A stretch of 46,385 bases of DNA from a virus (Duplodnaviria > Caudoviricetes). Where the stretch lies: positions 1 through 46,385 of the IMG/VR virus record IMGVR_UViG_3300031227_000091; one strand, written 5' to 3'. The notes beneath the pieces are model-generated. The model made no database searches, was not told where the DNA came from, and saw nothing but the letters and a program-made list of their open reading frames with translations. Shown here one piece after another: positions 9,145-18,581 of this stretch. How positions within the stretch are numbered: position 1 is the stretch's first letter; every line of letters starts with the position of its first letter. Position numbers and translations under genes: made by a program.

Positions 9145-10289
9145 TATTCACCTTCCTTTTTTTCTGGTTTGTTACCAGCATTTTGCATTTGCTTTTCGTC
9201 GTCTGAAAGCTCTTGTGCTGGCTTGTTATCGCCGCTGCCGACATTAACCGAATAATCAGCTTTCTTGTTAAGCTTTGCAATTCCTGCTAAAACTTCGCAA
9301 TCCATGCCAATCAACTGTTCTTGAGTCAAAGCGTTTTCTTTGTTAGCAAGAATAGCATCAATATGCACTTGCTTTTTGCCATCTTCAATTTTCTGTGCGT
9401 TTTCTTTCAGTGTTGTAACTTCCGCTTGCAATCCTTCGATTGTTTGCTTTTTAGCATTTTCAGCTAATTTTGCAGCATCTTTTATTTTCTCTGCCGCCAA
9501 GTCAGAATCTTTTTTATTCTGTGCAATTAATTCTGCATTATCTTCGTTCTGCTTTGCCAGTGATTCAAAAGAATCAAAGTCACCATCTGGCATTTTTTCA
9601 AATGCCTCACGCTGATTGTCTGCGAGTACACCACTCTTAATCAGTGCGCTTACTTTTTCTTGTCTTTTCATTAAAGACTCCTTGTTATGGTTAAGCTCTT
9701 TATTTAGAGCGTGTTCTTTTTCGTCTTTGTTTCTTGCAAACCCTGCGCCGTCTTCCCATGAGCAAGCCCCTTTTTCGTCTAGCAATATAGCCAAATGATC
9801 TGGAGTTATTTGATTCGCGACTATAGTGTATTCATTACCCCCGAATTGCCCATTTTCTTCATATCCGGCTATTCTCATTCCCGTTGAAACGTCTATATTT
9901 TTATTAGCTTCGAGCATTTCAATGAGCTTTTTACCGTCTGCGAGGTTTTCAACTTTTACAACTTCAAGCCATGCCTCTGCTTTTAATTTGCCGCCTAGTA
10001 CTTTAGTGTTGAAAATTGTACCGACGTTTTGAGATGTAAATGTATCGGGGTTATTTGCGGATATTGGCGTACCCTCTGATTTTGGGTGATATATAACAAC
10101 TGGTCTACCATCCCAAGTTTCAGCGGAGGCGTTGACGGCATCTTTAAGATATAATACGCCATTCATTACACACTGTTCAAGCATCATTGCCATAGGCGCA
10201 ACCATAAACTTAATATTGTTTTTGGTTACATATCTAATTAATGGAGAAATATTCTGTTTAAATATTTGTAGAATGTGTTTTTTATCCAT
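9144..10289 (-). CDS. Prohead protease/scaffold (DUF2213-like)
   Basis: WDGRPVVIYHP, DVSTG, PDHLAILLDEKGACS motifs plus coiled-coil scaffold tail. Confidence 0.85.
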   Translation of the reverse strand: MDKKHILQIFKQNISPLIRYVTKNNIKFMVAPMAMMLEQCVMNGVLYLKDAVNASAETWDGRPVVIYHPKSEGTPISANNPDTFTSQNVGTIFNTKVLGGKLKAEAWLEVVKVENLADGKKLIEMLEANKNIDVSTGMRIAGYEENGQFGGNEYTIVANQITPDHLAILLDEKGACSWEDGAGFARNKDEKEHALNKELNHNKESLMKRQEKVSALIKSGVLADNQREAFEKMPDGDFDSFESLAKQNEDNAELIAQNKKDSDLAAEKIKDAAKLAENAKKQTIEGLQAEVTTLKENAQKIEDGKKQVHIDAILANKENALTQEQLIGMDCEVLAGIAKLNKKADYSVNVGSGDNKPAQELSDDEKQMQNAGNKPEKKEGE

Positions 10290-10310
10290 AAAATTATATC
10301 CTTTTTTGTT

Positions 10311-10362
10311 AGTATATTACAATTTTGTAGTTTTGTCAAGAAAAAACTTACAAAAATGTAAG
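10311..10362 (-). promoter_or_regulatory. Late promoter for capsid operon with CTTACA-N4-TGTAAG operator
   Basis: TTGACA(10339-10334)-17-TATACT; operator 10347-10362; degenerate second site 10316-10331. Confidence 0.8.
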
Positions 10363-10408
10363 TTTTTTTGTTAATCCCCCTTAGTGTTCTTTGTATTTTA
10401 TAAAATTA

Positions 10409-10522
10409 TTGACATTTAAGTATAATATGCTATATTAAAAGCATGTAGATCAAGTACATAACAATTTAAAACACTATAAGCTCTTTTGGAATAGCTTGAT
10501 CCTATTCTGATTGAGCTTTTTT
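10409..10522 (+). promoter_or_regulatory. Promoter and structured leader/attenuator of HNH gene
   Basis: TTGACA 10409, TGcTATATT; hairpin 10478-10518 with U-tract; loop CTTGATC complementary to GATCAAG at 10448-10454. Confidence 0.65.
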
Positions 10523-10534
10523 ATTGAGGGCGTT

Positions 10535-10999
10535 ATGAAAAGAATAAAACTGACACAGGGCAAATTTTCAATAGTTGACGAAGAAGATTTTGAGGAACTA
10601 AATAAAATTAAATGGCATGCATGTTATGACCGTGGTACAAAAAGTTATTATGTAAAAAGTTTAATAAATAATAAAATAATACACATGCCAAGAAAAATAA
10701 TGAAAACAAATCAAGGGCTTGTTGTGGATCACATAAATCATGATACGCTAGATAACAGAAAGTCAAATCTTAGAAATTGCACGAGAAGCCAAAATTCCAT
10801 GAATCAAAGAAAGCCGAGAAATAACACTAGTGGAACAACTGGAGTATATTGGAAAAAAAGCATTGCAAGATGGGTTTCATTAATAGCAATAAACCAAAAC
10901 CAGATATATCTTGGAGTGTTTAAAGATAAAAATGATGCCATCAAGGCTAGAAAAAAAGCTGAAATAAAATATTTTGGCGAATTTTTATATAATGGTTAA
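10535..10999 (+). CDS. HNH-AP2 homing endonuclease
   Basis: VDHINHDTLDNRKSNLR HNH motif; NTSGTTGVYW...YLGVF...AIKARKKAE AP2 domain. Confidence 0.92.
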   Translation: MKRIKLTQGKFSIVDEEDFEELNKIKWHACYDRGTKSYYVKSLINNKIIHMPRKIMKTNQGLVVDHINHDTLDNRKSNLRNCTRSQNSMNQRKPRNNTSGTTGVYWKKSIARWVSLIAINQNQIYLGVFKDKNDAIKARKKAEIKYFGEFLYNG

Positions 11000-11057
11000 T
11001 TTGTAAGATTTTTATGCTAAACATCTCCATTCGTGTTTATTTTTTGATTTTATTTTT

Positions 11058-11114
11058 AAAAAGTGGCTAGGTGTTTGTCATATTTAAATCAATATCTATT
11101 TAACCACCTAGCAC
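11058..11114 (-). terminator. Stem-loop with U-tract between convergent genes
   Basis: GCTAGGTG(11066-73)/CACCTAGC(11105-12), long AT-rich loop. Confidence 0.5.
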
Positions 11115-11349
11115 CTAAATAGCGTGAACTTAAATATATCATTTAGCTAATCTACCATATCCTAGGAGTAATCATGGCAGAAGTGCTTTAAACGACTATT
11201 TGTCTATGTTTTCTGGGGTCTTTGTCCATTGTTAAAATCCTCGCTCGCTAAATAAGAATCCCTTTTCGGAAAGGCTACCCAAGTCGTGAAACAAAGAATC
11301 GCCTACATCAAATAATTTATTATCTCTATCCATTTTTTAACTCCTTTAA

Positions 11350-11580
11350 TTATATTAAATATTTTCTTTTGCGAATATATCCGTACACTTTATGCTTATA
11401 AGTTATTTCTACCATGTCGACAAGTTTGTAATTTGGGTCTTCTGAAAACTTGCGCTTTCTAATATATTTCCTAGATATAAACTCCCATTCTGTCCTATAG
11501 AATACCCATAGATACCAGGAATGGACATACGGAAATAGTTTATGTATTATCTTGATTATTAATTTAATCTTGCTTATCAT
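11350..11580 (-). CDS. Hypothetical protein
   Basis: ORF in co-oriented string. Confidence 0.55.
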   Translation of the reverse strand: MISKIKLIIKIIHKLFPYVHSWYLWVFYRTEWEFISRKYIRKRKFSEDPNYKLVDMVEITYKHKVYGYIRKRKYLI

Positions 11581-11746
11581 TCGTTTTTTGCGCCTTTAAC
11601 TTTGCTATTTCCGTAAGGGCTTTTTTAACGCCGCTTATATAGTATCGGCTCCCGTTCTTCTCGGTTATTTCTTCAACGTGCTCTCTTAGTGTTTCTTCGA
11701 GGTTATCCATGTTGCTTTTTGCTGGTGCCATTTTGTTATCCCTTGG

Positions 11747-12085
11747 TTATTGATTATCTTTGTTATTCATTTCAACTTTTGCGAGAATATATATTTTAAT
11801 CAAATCTCTTTCGTTCTCGTAATATATTACTGACATTTCAACCTTTTCAAAGTCTACTATTTCTCTTGTTTGGTTATGCTTAATAAAAACCCTGTTGTCT
11901 TTATCTGTGTATATAAAGTTTGCATCAAATATTAATATTACTTCTGAATAGAAAACCGCATCATCTTCTTGTTTTGTAATTATTTCCATGTTGCACAACG
12001 GGGCTTCTATCTTTGTTCCGTCAAGTAATATGGTGCTGTAATCATCTCTTTCAAACTTCAACGTGTGTTTAATTTCTTTACTCAT
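11747..12085 (-). CDS. Hypothetical protein
   Basis: ORF with AGGAG RBS. Confidence 0.7.
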   Translation of the reverse strand: MSKEIKHTLKFERDDYSTILLDGTKIEAPLCNMEIITKQEDDAVFYSEVILIFDANFIYTDKDNRVFIKHNQTREIVDFEKVEMSVIYYENERDLIKIYILAKVEMNNKDNQ

Positions 12086-12098
12086 AATAAACTCCTGG

Positions 12099-12392
12099 TT
12101 AAATTACCTGTATGGTTTTACCATTAAGAATGGCTTTTCTGCATGTTTTTTTATCTTCGTAAAGTTCTTTAAACGCATTTAGTAAATCTTTTTTTATTAC
12201 GCCTTTTTGAAAAAATAACCCCTCCGGATCGTCTCTATAGTCCCAAACCTCGCCAAATTTTTCATTTCCATTATCATCTATAATAATTTCCAGAGCTAAA
12301 CCCCTTGGGTGTAGAAAACATCTGTTTATTTCCTGTAGCCCACCCATTGCTCTAAAATCTTTTACAGAAATCCTTTTGATTTTTTCGCTCAT
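12099..12392 (-). CDS. Conserved-looking phage hypothetical protein
   Basis: GGLQEINRCFLHPRGLALE...VWDYRDDPEG. Confidence 0.7.
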   Translation of the reverse strand: MSEKIKRISVKDFRAMGGLQEINRCFLHPRGLALEIIIDDNGNEKFGEVWDYRDDPEGLFFQKGVIKKDLLNAFKELYEDKKTCRKAILNGKTIQVI

Positions 12393-12406
12393 AATATCCC
12401 ACCTTA

Positions 12407-13318
12407 TTAAATTATATCATCTACTTGCGTTGGTATTCCTGCCGTCAACGGTAATAAACGAGGAGCACATCTACAATATGGGTGCGCTGGTAATATAAAA
12501 TATAGCTCGTTTATCGGGTAAACGCTAAATTCATTTTCTGCACAGAACGGACATACTTTATCATCTTGAGCTGTTATCCACTCCGCCAATATTCCCACTG
12601 TTTCAACATCGTATTCTGTCCATATATCAAGCTTTGCAAAATCATGGTCTCTTACTATTTCGGTATTGGTTACTTCTTTAGCCCTAGTTTTGCCGACTTT
12701 GTTTAATCGGTTAATAACGTCCATTGTAACGGTTCTAGGTGATTCCCCGGCTGATATATCATCTATAATAACACGGGATATTTGCTGAACCATCGCACTT
12801 GTAACGCCTCGCATTTCCTCTTTTGTTTTCAACTGCAACAGCAATATAGCGGCTAAATACTTCTTTGATCTGCTAGACTTGCCTTTTAATGTCGGCTCCG
12901 GCTCGTCATCTTCAATGTAATCTTCGTGTTTTAACTCTACATATCCAGCCTTTAAACCGCTTTCATAAGCAGCCCGAGTGTAAATGTCCATCCATTTTCC
13001 AGTTTTATCACCGAACAAAGGATTATCTTTATTACCAAATATTATAACATCTATCTGCCGATTAAGCCAAGCAATGAAAATCTCGACCTTTTTATCAATA
13101 GATCGACTTGCGCCATCTTTTTTAGCCAGTGCTTTGTTTTGTTTTTGACCCTTTTCTAAATCAAAGAAGTCATTATCGAATATCGTTTGCTTAATTTCAA
13201 GCGCAAGTCGGTTAAATCGTCCCATCATGTTAGACGTGAATTTTCGTCGTAGTGTCGCCGTCCGTGTTGGGTCTTGTTTATTTACTCTATTTATCTTAAA
13301 TGTTAGTCCTTTATTCAT
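12407..13318 (-). CDS. Head morphogenesis protein (SPP1 gp7/Mu F-like)
   Basis: DPTRTATLR; DDKVCPFC and PAHPYCRC motifs. Confidence 0.88.
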   Translation of the reverse strand: MNKGLTFKINRVNKQDPTRTATLRRKFTSNMMGRFNRLALEIKQTIFDNDFFDLEKGQKQNKALAKKDGASRSIDKKVEIFIAWLNRQIDVIIFGNKDNPLFGDKTGKWMDIYTRAAYESGLKAGYVELKHEDYIEDDEPEPTLKGKSSRSKKYLAAILLLQLKTKEEMRGVTSAMVQQISRVIIDDISAGESPRTVTMDVINRLNKVGKTRAKEVTNTEIVRDHDFAKLDIWTEYDVETVGILAEWITAQDDKVCPFCAENEFSVYPINELYFILPAHPYCRCAPRLLPLTAGIPTQVDDII

Positions 13319-14684
13319 CTTCCGGGAATAAGTCCTTTTCTTTCAAGTCTAGCGGTTCTTCTTCTTTTATGTCTATGGAGTCTATTTCTTCTTTAGACAT
13401 TCCTAAAATCATTGCATAATAAACTTCTGGTGGGAATATAGCTTGAGTTTGTGGACTATCACCATACTTGACTAATGCCTCTGTTTTCGCTTTTGCTGTT
13501 TCAGCTATCGTCTTATCGTCTTTAGTCTCAAGGTCTGCCCATACTATGCTATATTCACCATCTGCCGGACTAGCTATAGACCCAAGCTCTAAAAGGCGGT
13601 CTATTGTCGGTCTTATAATATCGGTATCACAAAATCCTACTTGCCTTGCTGATACATTGCCTAGCCATCTTTTGCTATCTTGAACAGAAGATACATTTGA
13701 TTGCTCCGTCCCCATAAGTTCACGCTGCGGGATTTTCTTCTCTGCGGATATTTGCTGTATTTCTGTCATAAAAAATTGTTTAGGGTCTTGCATGTTTATG
13801 CTTAGTGCTTTTACTTGACCGCCTTTTGCCACAAGTGATTTTTCAAACCCATCAACCCACTTTGACATTTCAGCCTTGAATGCCGTTGCTTCTGTTTCGC
13901 CTATTTGGGCATCTTTGTCAAACTCCGCAATCGTACCACCAGAACCATTGCGCCAGTAACCCTCTGCGCCAGAACCTGATATTTTCTCTATGTTGTAAAG
14001 GTTGTTGTAAACGGCTTTCATTCGTGGCGTTCCGTGTATATCGCCAGAATCGCACTCCTCGGCTATATGTATAATTCTTGACCAATGCACCTTTTGAGAT
14101 GTTGCTGAATTATCGTTACTAATTGTTATGGTGTAAAATTCAGGCTTCCCGAATCTCTCACTTGACGGATCGTTATTATAAGAATCAATTCTTGCATCAT
14201 TCCCATTAAACGCCTGGAAATATGCAACGTCCCCGCCTGTCGCTGGCTGGTCTACCGTTAAGCCGTCCTTAAAGCCAATCAGTAATATTCCGTAAGTTAG
14301 AATACCCGTTATTCTGTCGGCTCTGTGCATGTACTTAAAAAGCTTTTGATCTTTAATTAACGAGCTAACATCTTTTTCAAATTGCGTAAGTGTTTGGTCT
14401 TCATTCTCTATTATTTCCGGGCTAATACTCCAGCAAGCATCGGGATAGGCTTTGACAACCGCTTTTGCTATTGCATGGCGTTTATAGTAGTTAATATAGT
14501 TTTCTGTCCTTAAGGTTCTAGGATAGCCAAGAGCTTTGTATAAATCACGATTGCCACCAAAGTACAAACCGAGCGTGCTATTAAACATATTTCTCTGGAA
14601 ATTCAGGGCGCAACTGACGGCGTTTGCTACTTGGATTGATACTTTCCGGGCGTTTGATCTGAAGTAATCTTTTATTTTAGACAT
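13311..14684 (-). CDS. Portal protein (DUF1073-like)
   Basis: RDLYKALGYP, ERFGKPEFY, VHWSRIIH, IPQRELMG motifs. Confidence 0.88.
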   Translation of the reverse strand: MSKIKDYFRSNARKVSIQVANAVSCALNFQRNMFNSTLGLYFGGNRDLYKALGYPRTLRTENYINYYKRHAIAKAVVKAYPDACWSISPEIIENEDQTLTQFEKDVSSLIKDQKLFKYMHRADRITGILTYGILLIGFKDGLTVDQPATGGDVAYFQAFNGNDARIDSYNNDPSSERFGKPEFYTITISNDNSATSQKVHWSRIIHIAEECDSGDIHGTPRMKAVYNNLYNIEKISGSGAEGYWRNGSGGTIAEFDKDAQIGETEATAFKAEMSKWVDGFEKSLVAKGGQVKALSINMQDPKQFFMTEIQQISAEKKIPQRELMGTEQSNVSSVQDSKRWLGNVSARQVGFCDTDIIRPTIDRLLELGSIASPADGEYSIVWADLETKDDKTIAETAKAKTEALVKYGDSPQTQAIFPPEVYYAMILGMSKEEIDSIDIKEEEPLDLKEKDLFPEDE

Positions 14685-14705
14685 AGAAAATCCCTTGTTT
14701 TAAGT

Positions 14706-14757
14706 ATAATAATCTATTATCCGTGCATTGTCAAGCAAAATCTTACAAAAATGTAAG
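14706..14757 (-). promoter_or_regulatory. Late promoter for portal operon with CTTACA-N4-TGTAAG operator
   Basis: TTGACA(14734-14729)-17-TATTAT; operator 14742-14757. Confidence 0.8.
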
Positions 14758-14808
14758 ATTCTTATTTATCGAGCTTAATTTATTTTTCATTTATTTTTAG
14801 TTTAGCTG

Positions 14809-14837
14809 TTGACAAGTGGCACAATGGGATATATAAT
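14809..14837 (+). promoter_or_regulatory. Consensus sigma70 promoter for the rightward cassette
   Basis: TTGACA-17-TATAAT. Confidence 0.85.
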
Positions 14838-14867
14838 ATAGTAACAATTAACTAAGGAGTATTTAAT

Positions 14868-15018
14868 ATGAGCACGACAGAAAGTTTACTTTTGTGTATT
14901 TTTGTGCAATTCTCATTTGGGAATTGTAATTGCTTCCGCGGTTGTTGACCTGCGCAAAGAACAACGAGCGACTAACAAGATTTTAGGCTTAATCGCAGAT
15001 CGGGTGGTGGAAAAATGA
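14868..15018 (+). pseudogene. Frameshifted small single-TM membrane protein gene
   Basis: AAGGAG RBS; removing one G in TTTGGGAAT gives a 49-aa ORF ending in an ATGA overlap. Confidence 0.55.
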
Positions 15019-15140
15019 CAATCACAATCGGCAGCACAACAAAGCTAACAGTCAAGCCTAGCCATTTGCAGAAGCTTCTAAAACAGGCGGAAAGAATGGG
15101 CTTAACAATAACCGAAATTGTAACGGGAGATAACAAATGA
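15015..15140 (+). CDS. Small protein, possibly ribbon-helix-helix-like
   Basis: MTITIGSTTKLTVKPSHLQKLLKQAERMGLTITEIV; ATGA overlaps at both ends. Confidence 0.55.
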   Translation: MTITIGSTTKLTVKPSHLQKLLKQAERMGLTITEIVTGDNK

Positions 15141-15379
15141 ATAAATTAATTGCTGGAATATCAGTAGTTTTAATAGGCTGTACGTTTATACTTTTTCGCC
15201 TGTGTGTGATTTTATGGATAAATCTATCTCTTACTGCGGAAAGGGTGTTTAGCGAGGAGCAGAAGGCTTCTCTTTTAAGCACGGGTGAGGGAATCCAAGA
15301 AGGTTCAATTCTCGTTATGGTATTCGCTATTATATTAGTTGTGTTGTTTTTTATCAAGAATGAACGGAGGGTTAAATGA
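15137..15379 (+). CDS. Small membrane protein (2 TM)
   Basis: Two hydrophobic segments. Confidence 0.7.
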   Translation: MNKLIAGISVVLIGCTFILFRLCVILWINLSLTAERVFSEEQKASLLSTGEGIQEGSILVMVFAIILVVLFFIKNERRVK

Positions 15380-15564
15380 GTAAAGACGGTGATTATATAA
15401 AGAATTGCAAGGATTGTCATAATGATTTTATTGGAGAGAAAATAGATACTCTATGTTCTGAATGCTTAAAGAAATTTGCAGATAAACTAAATAAGCAAAA
15501 CAAGCACTGTGCGTTTAAGTCTATTAACTATAATATTAAAACCAACAATACGAGTGTTAGATAA
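15376..15564 (+). CDS. Small Zn-ribbon protein
   Basis: CKDC...CSEC. Confidence 0.65.
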   Translation: MSKDGDYIKNCKDCHNDFIGEKIDTLCSECLKKFADKLNKQNKHCAFKSINYNIKTNNTSVR

Positions 15565-16061
15565 TGAACAAAACAAACATACAGAAGCTAATCAGCGGCA
15601 AGCCTAGCGAGTTTGCAAGGCGTATAGGCTGCCCCAAGTCTACGGCTAATCACTACAGCGACGGGACTAGAACGCCGCCAGCGTGGGTGTATGCGCTTAT
15701 ACTACACAGGCTTAACCCCAAGAATGAGTTTAAAATGAAAGTAGATAACGACTTTCAACATATATGCAGTAGGTGTAAAGGCAAAAAAACAATAAGCGTT
15801 CCAGGTGATAAATTTACTGAAGAATACGGCGTAAGAACAACCTTGTTTACAAGTATAGCATGTCCTGATTGCGACGGCGTTGGATGGTTCGACAAAATAT
15901 ATACTATCGATACTAAAAATATGACGATCAATGATAAGAAAATAAAAGAATGCAAGCCGCTTGAATGGAGTATTACAAACAAATTTCTTACAAGTTTTAC
16001 TCTTGAGAATGGCAGAGAATTAACTATTATTGGCGGTCAAGCTAGGTGGGTGAAAAAATGA
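15564..16061 (+). CDS. HTH plus Zn-finger protein, possible regulator
   Basis: SEFARRIGCPKSTANHYSDGTRTPP HTH; CSRCKG...CPDCDG. Confidence 0.7.
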   Translation: MNKTNIQKLISGKPSEFARRIGCPKSTANHYSDGTRTPPAWVYALILHRLNPKNEFKMKVDNDFQHICSRCKGKKTISVPGDKFTEEYGVRTTLFTSIACPDCDGVGWFDKIYTIDTKNMTINDKKIKECKPLEWSITNKFLTSFTLENGRELTIIGGQARWVKK

Positions 16062-16252
16062 ATGTACCCGTACTAAAAGATAGTGAAAAACTAAAATGTC
16101 CTGCCTGTAGTGGTGAAGATTTTTACCCGGTCGAGGTTACCATGAAAGAAGTTACTAACGGTACGGAGGGAAACTTCTCTTGTTCTCTATGCAATGCAAA
16201 ATTAGTCGTTTTTGTTAATATGGCTGGATTTACTATAAGGGTTGAGAAATGA
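16058..16252 (+). CDS. Small Zn-ribbon protein
   Basis: CPAC...CSLC. Confidence 0.65.
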   Translation: MNVPVLKDSEKLKCPACSGEDFYPVEVTMKEVTNGTEGNFSCSLCNAKLVVFVNMAGFTIRVEK

Positions 16253-16451
16253 AAATGCCTATTAACTTTAATTTGACCGATAAGGTGGATATACCCGAAC
16301 TAAAAAAACAGGGAGAGTGATAAGTATCTGGATAACCCAAGCCGGATTGCGATATCAGGTTCGTTATTTTAATAATGGTGATTCAAAAGAAGTTTATTTT
16401 TATGCCGACGAATTAGTATTATCAAAACAATCTAAAAAAATAGGATTATGA
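16249..16451 (+). pseudogene. Small SH3-like phage protein gene split by a -1 shift at an A7 run
   Basis: MKMPINFNLTDKVDIPELKK then -1 frame TGRVISIWITQAGLRYQVRYFNNGDSKEVYFYADEL; ATGA overlaps at both ends. Confidence 0.65.
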
Positions 16452-16651
16452 CAATGAGCCAAGAAATGCGAAACAAGGAAAGGGATAGGCGGTCTAAGGA
16501 AGTTCCCATATTTGAAAAGCAGTTTATTCAACAACTTTATAAGTTAGATAATAATGGACATAAAGTTATTATAGATGAAGCTAAATGGATGGATGTAGCA
16601 ATGGAATTTAAAACGGTTATATTCAAATCAAAGCTGAGGTACAGGAAATGA
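16448..16651 (+). CDS. Hypothetical protein
   Basis: Overlapping ORF string. Confidence 0.6.
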   Translation: MTMSQEMRNKERDRRSKEVPIFEKQFIQQLYKLDNNGHKVIIDEAKWMDVAMEFKTVIFKSKLRYRK

Positions 16652-16965
16652 AAGATTTTATAGAGTTTATATTTTTTTTGGTATTTGCTTTTTTCTTTAC
16701 TGTTTTAGTAATTTTATTTTTTTTATGTCTTTTTAAATCAATCAAGCCGGGTTTTGCTAAGTTAGGTAAATCTGTTAGATTGTTATTTGTTAAATCAAAA
16801 CAACAAAATAACCGCCTCGCACCATATGCTACTAATTATATGACTACTGGCAATAGTGCAGACTTAAACAAACACTTATTGTTAGTATGTAATGTTATGA
16901 AAAACATACAGCATAGTAATGTCAAGCATAAAATAATCAAACGTAGATTAAGGTATATAAAATGA
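16648..16965 (+). CDS. Membrane protein (N-terminal TM)
   Basis: Phe-rich hydrophobic N-terminus. Confidence 0.65.
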   Translation: MKDFIEFIFFLVFAFFFTVLVILFFLCLFKSIKPGFAKLGKSVRLLFVKSKQQNNRLAPYATNYMTTGNSADLNKHLLLVCNVMKNIQHSNVKHKIIKRRLRYIK

Positions 16966-17192
16966 ATATATTACTATGGGTTTTAATATCAATAGCGGCA
17001 ATACCTGCGACAATGTGGACGGTTATGTATATTTTATGCGTTCCGCTGTGTTTGTCGTATATGACACTTCCCAAAGATGGTAAAGGCAGGGTTCAAATAG
17101 GCAAGATTAAACACCACCTACGCAGTAATATTAACGGGCTAATAATATCAGACTCAATCCTAGGAATACTAATTTTAATTAAATACTGGTGA
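16962..17192 (+). CDS. Small membrane protein (2 TM)
   Basis: Hydrophobic termini. Confidence 0.65.
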   Translation: MNILLWVLISIAAIPATMWTVMYILCVPLCLSYMTLPKDGKGRVQIGKIKHHLRSNINGLIISDSILGILILIKYW

Positions 17193-17276
17193 TAATGATA
17201 ATATACAGCAATAAGGCTACAAAAACACGGCTTTAGAGCCATTATGGCGGCAATATACAGCAAGTTTGCGCTATTT

Positions 17277-18581
17277 TTATACAATAAAGAACTCGCTATT
17301 GCCGCCCGATAGCTCAGTTAATGCGAACACAAGCGAATCGAGCCTGTTCGGGCTTGTGCCGTCGCCTATATAAGATACCATTTCATCCTCAAGGTCTGGA
17401 AAATGCCCTATATGATGGACTAAGCCTTGTTCATACAATGCGCTTATAGGCTCTGCTCTTAACATCTTGCCCCGTGATGATGTTACGCTTTTAATCCTTA
17501 TATTATCACAATCAGACATGCTTCTTATTGTATGCTCGCACATTGCACCGCCATAGTTGTTTTCTACCGCCATAGTGTCTACTTTGTGATGATTGTATAC
17601 GTCTACGCACTTTTTGCCCCATTGCGCCGGGCTTCCGTTCATAGTATCGTCAGCAAGTACATAATAATGATTGTCTGATCCCTTGAAGCAAGTTACTATA
17701 CCTATTGCATCTGCTTTCTTTTTGCCTTCTTCTTTTTTCTTTCCGTTATCGCCGGATGGGTCAACGCCTGTTGATATTCTAGTTAGCTCTACGCCGTCAG
17801 GTATTTTATGCACTCTATGCTGGTTGATTATTTGGCTATTCCATAATGCCCCGTCCTCGTCGTCCTGCCAAAGCCCGTCTAAAAACCTTTTGCGCTTCCG
17901 TGCTGGCATATTAGCAAGTATCTTGTCTATATAGTCAATTCCAATATTATCAACGTTGCCTAGTGGATTCATTGAAAAGAATGCGTACATTTCAGGATTT
18001 AGTATTGCACTATTTTCTTCTGGGTCTATATGTTTTACAAATAACCTATATCCCCAAAATGCCTTGCTTGTAGGGTTGCAGTCAAAATATGCTTTATTGA
18101 TTAATATAGTCTTTTGGGCAAGCCTTGTAAGTGCTGTTGTTACCGCATCATAGCTAAGCTCCGTCATTTCATTAAATAGAATAGTTGAATACTCTTTGCC
18201 TAGTATCTTGTCGGCTCTTTCTTTGTCGTCAAGTCCGGCTATCCATATTTCAGAACCGTTCTCAAACTTAAAATACCAATCCTGTTTATCAATCTTATAT
18301 CTTAATGGCGTGTCGTTCTCTGAATACCTAAAGGCTAGGTCAATTACTTTTGGGAGCGTGTCAAGAGCAATAGAAGTCTTTACGCTGTTGAAGTGCCGCT
18401 TTAGTATCAAGTGCCTTGAGTTTGGCGCATACAAAGCCCTCATAACCATAGCATACAGTAGTATAAACGTCTTTCCGGAACGAGAGCCACCTTGCAGTAA
18501 AACATAAAGAGCTATCCCAGACAATACCCGAATAGCCTTTTTTTGGTCGTCTGTCTTTTTGAACTTTACTATTTCTTGCAT
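17277..18581 (-). CDS. terL: Terminase large subunit
   Basis: Walker A GGSRSGKT, ILFNE Walker B, GVDPS nuclease, SPNRLDSLVFALTEL. Confidence 0.95.
   Translation of the reverse strand: MQEIVKFKKTDDQKKAIRVLSGIALYVLLQGGSRSGKTFILLYAMVMRALYAPNSRHLILKRHFNSVKTSIALDTLPKVIDLAFRYSENDTPLRYKIDKQDWYFKFENGSEIWIAGLDDKERADKILGKEYSTILFNEMTELSYDAVTTALTRLAQKTILINKAYFDCNPTSKAFWGYRLFVKHIDPEENSAILNPEMYAFFSMNPLGNVDNIGIDYIDKILANMPARKRKRFLDGLWQDDEDGALWNSQIINQHRVHKIPDGVELTRISTGVDPSGDNGKKKEEGKKKADAIGIVTCFKGSDNHYYVLADDTMNGSPAQWGKKCVDVYNHHKVDTMAVENNYGGAMCEHTIRSMSDCDNIRIKSVTSSRGKMLRAEPISALYEQGLVHHIGHFPDLEDEMVSYIGDGTSPNRLDSLVFALTELSGGNSEFFIV

Noticed and set aside
13311-14684. Anti-CBASS Acb1 label sometimes attached to DUF1073 proteins
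   Set aside because: Size, motifs and synteny indicate the portal; no separate phosphodiesterase domain seen.
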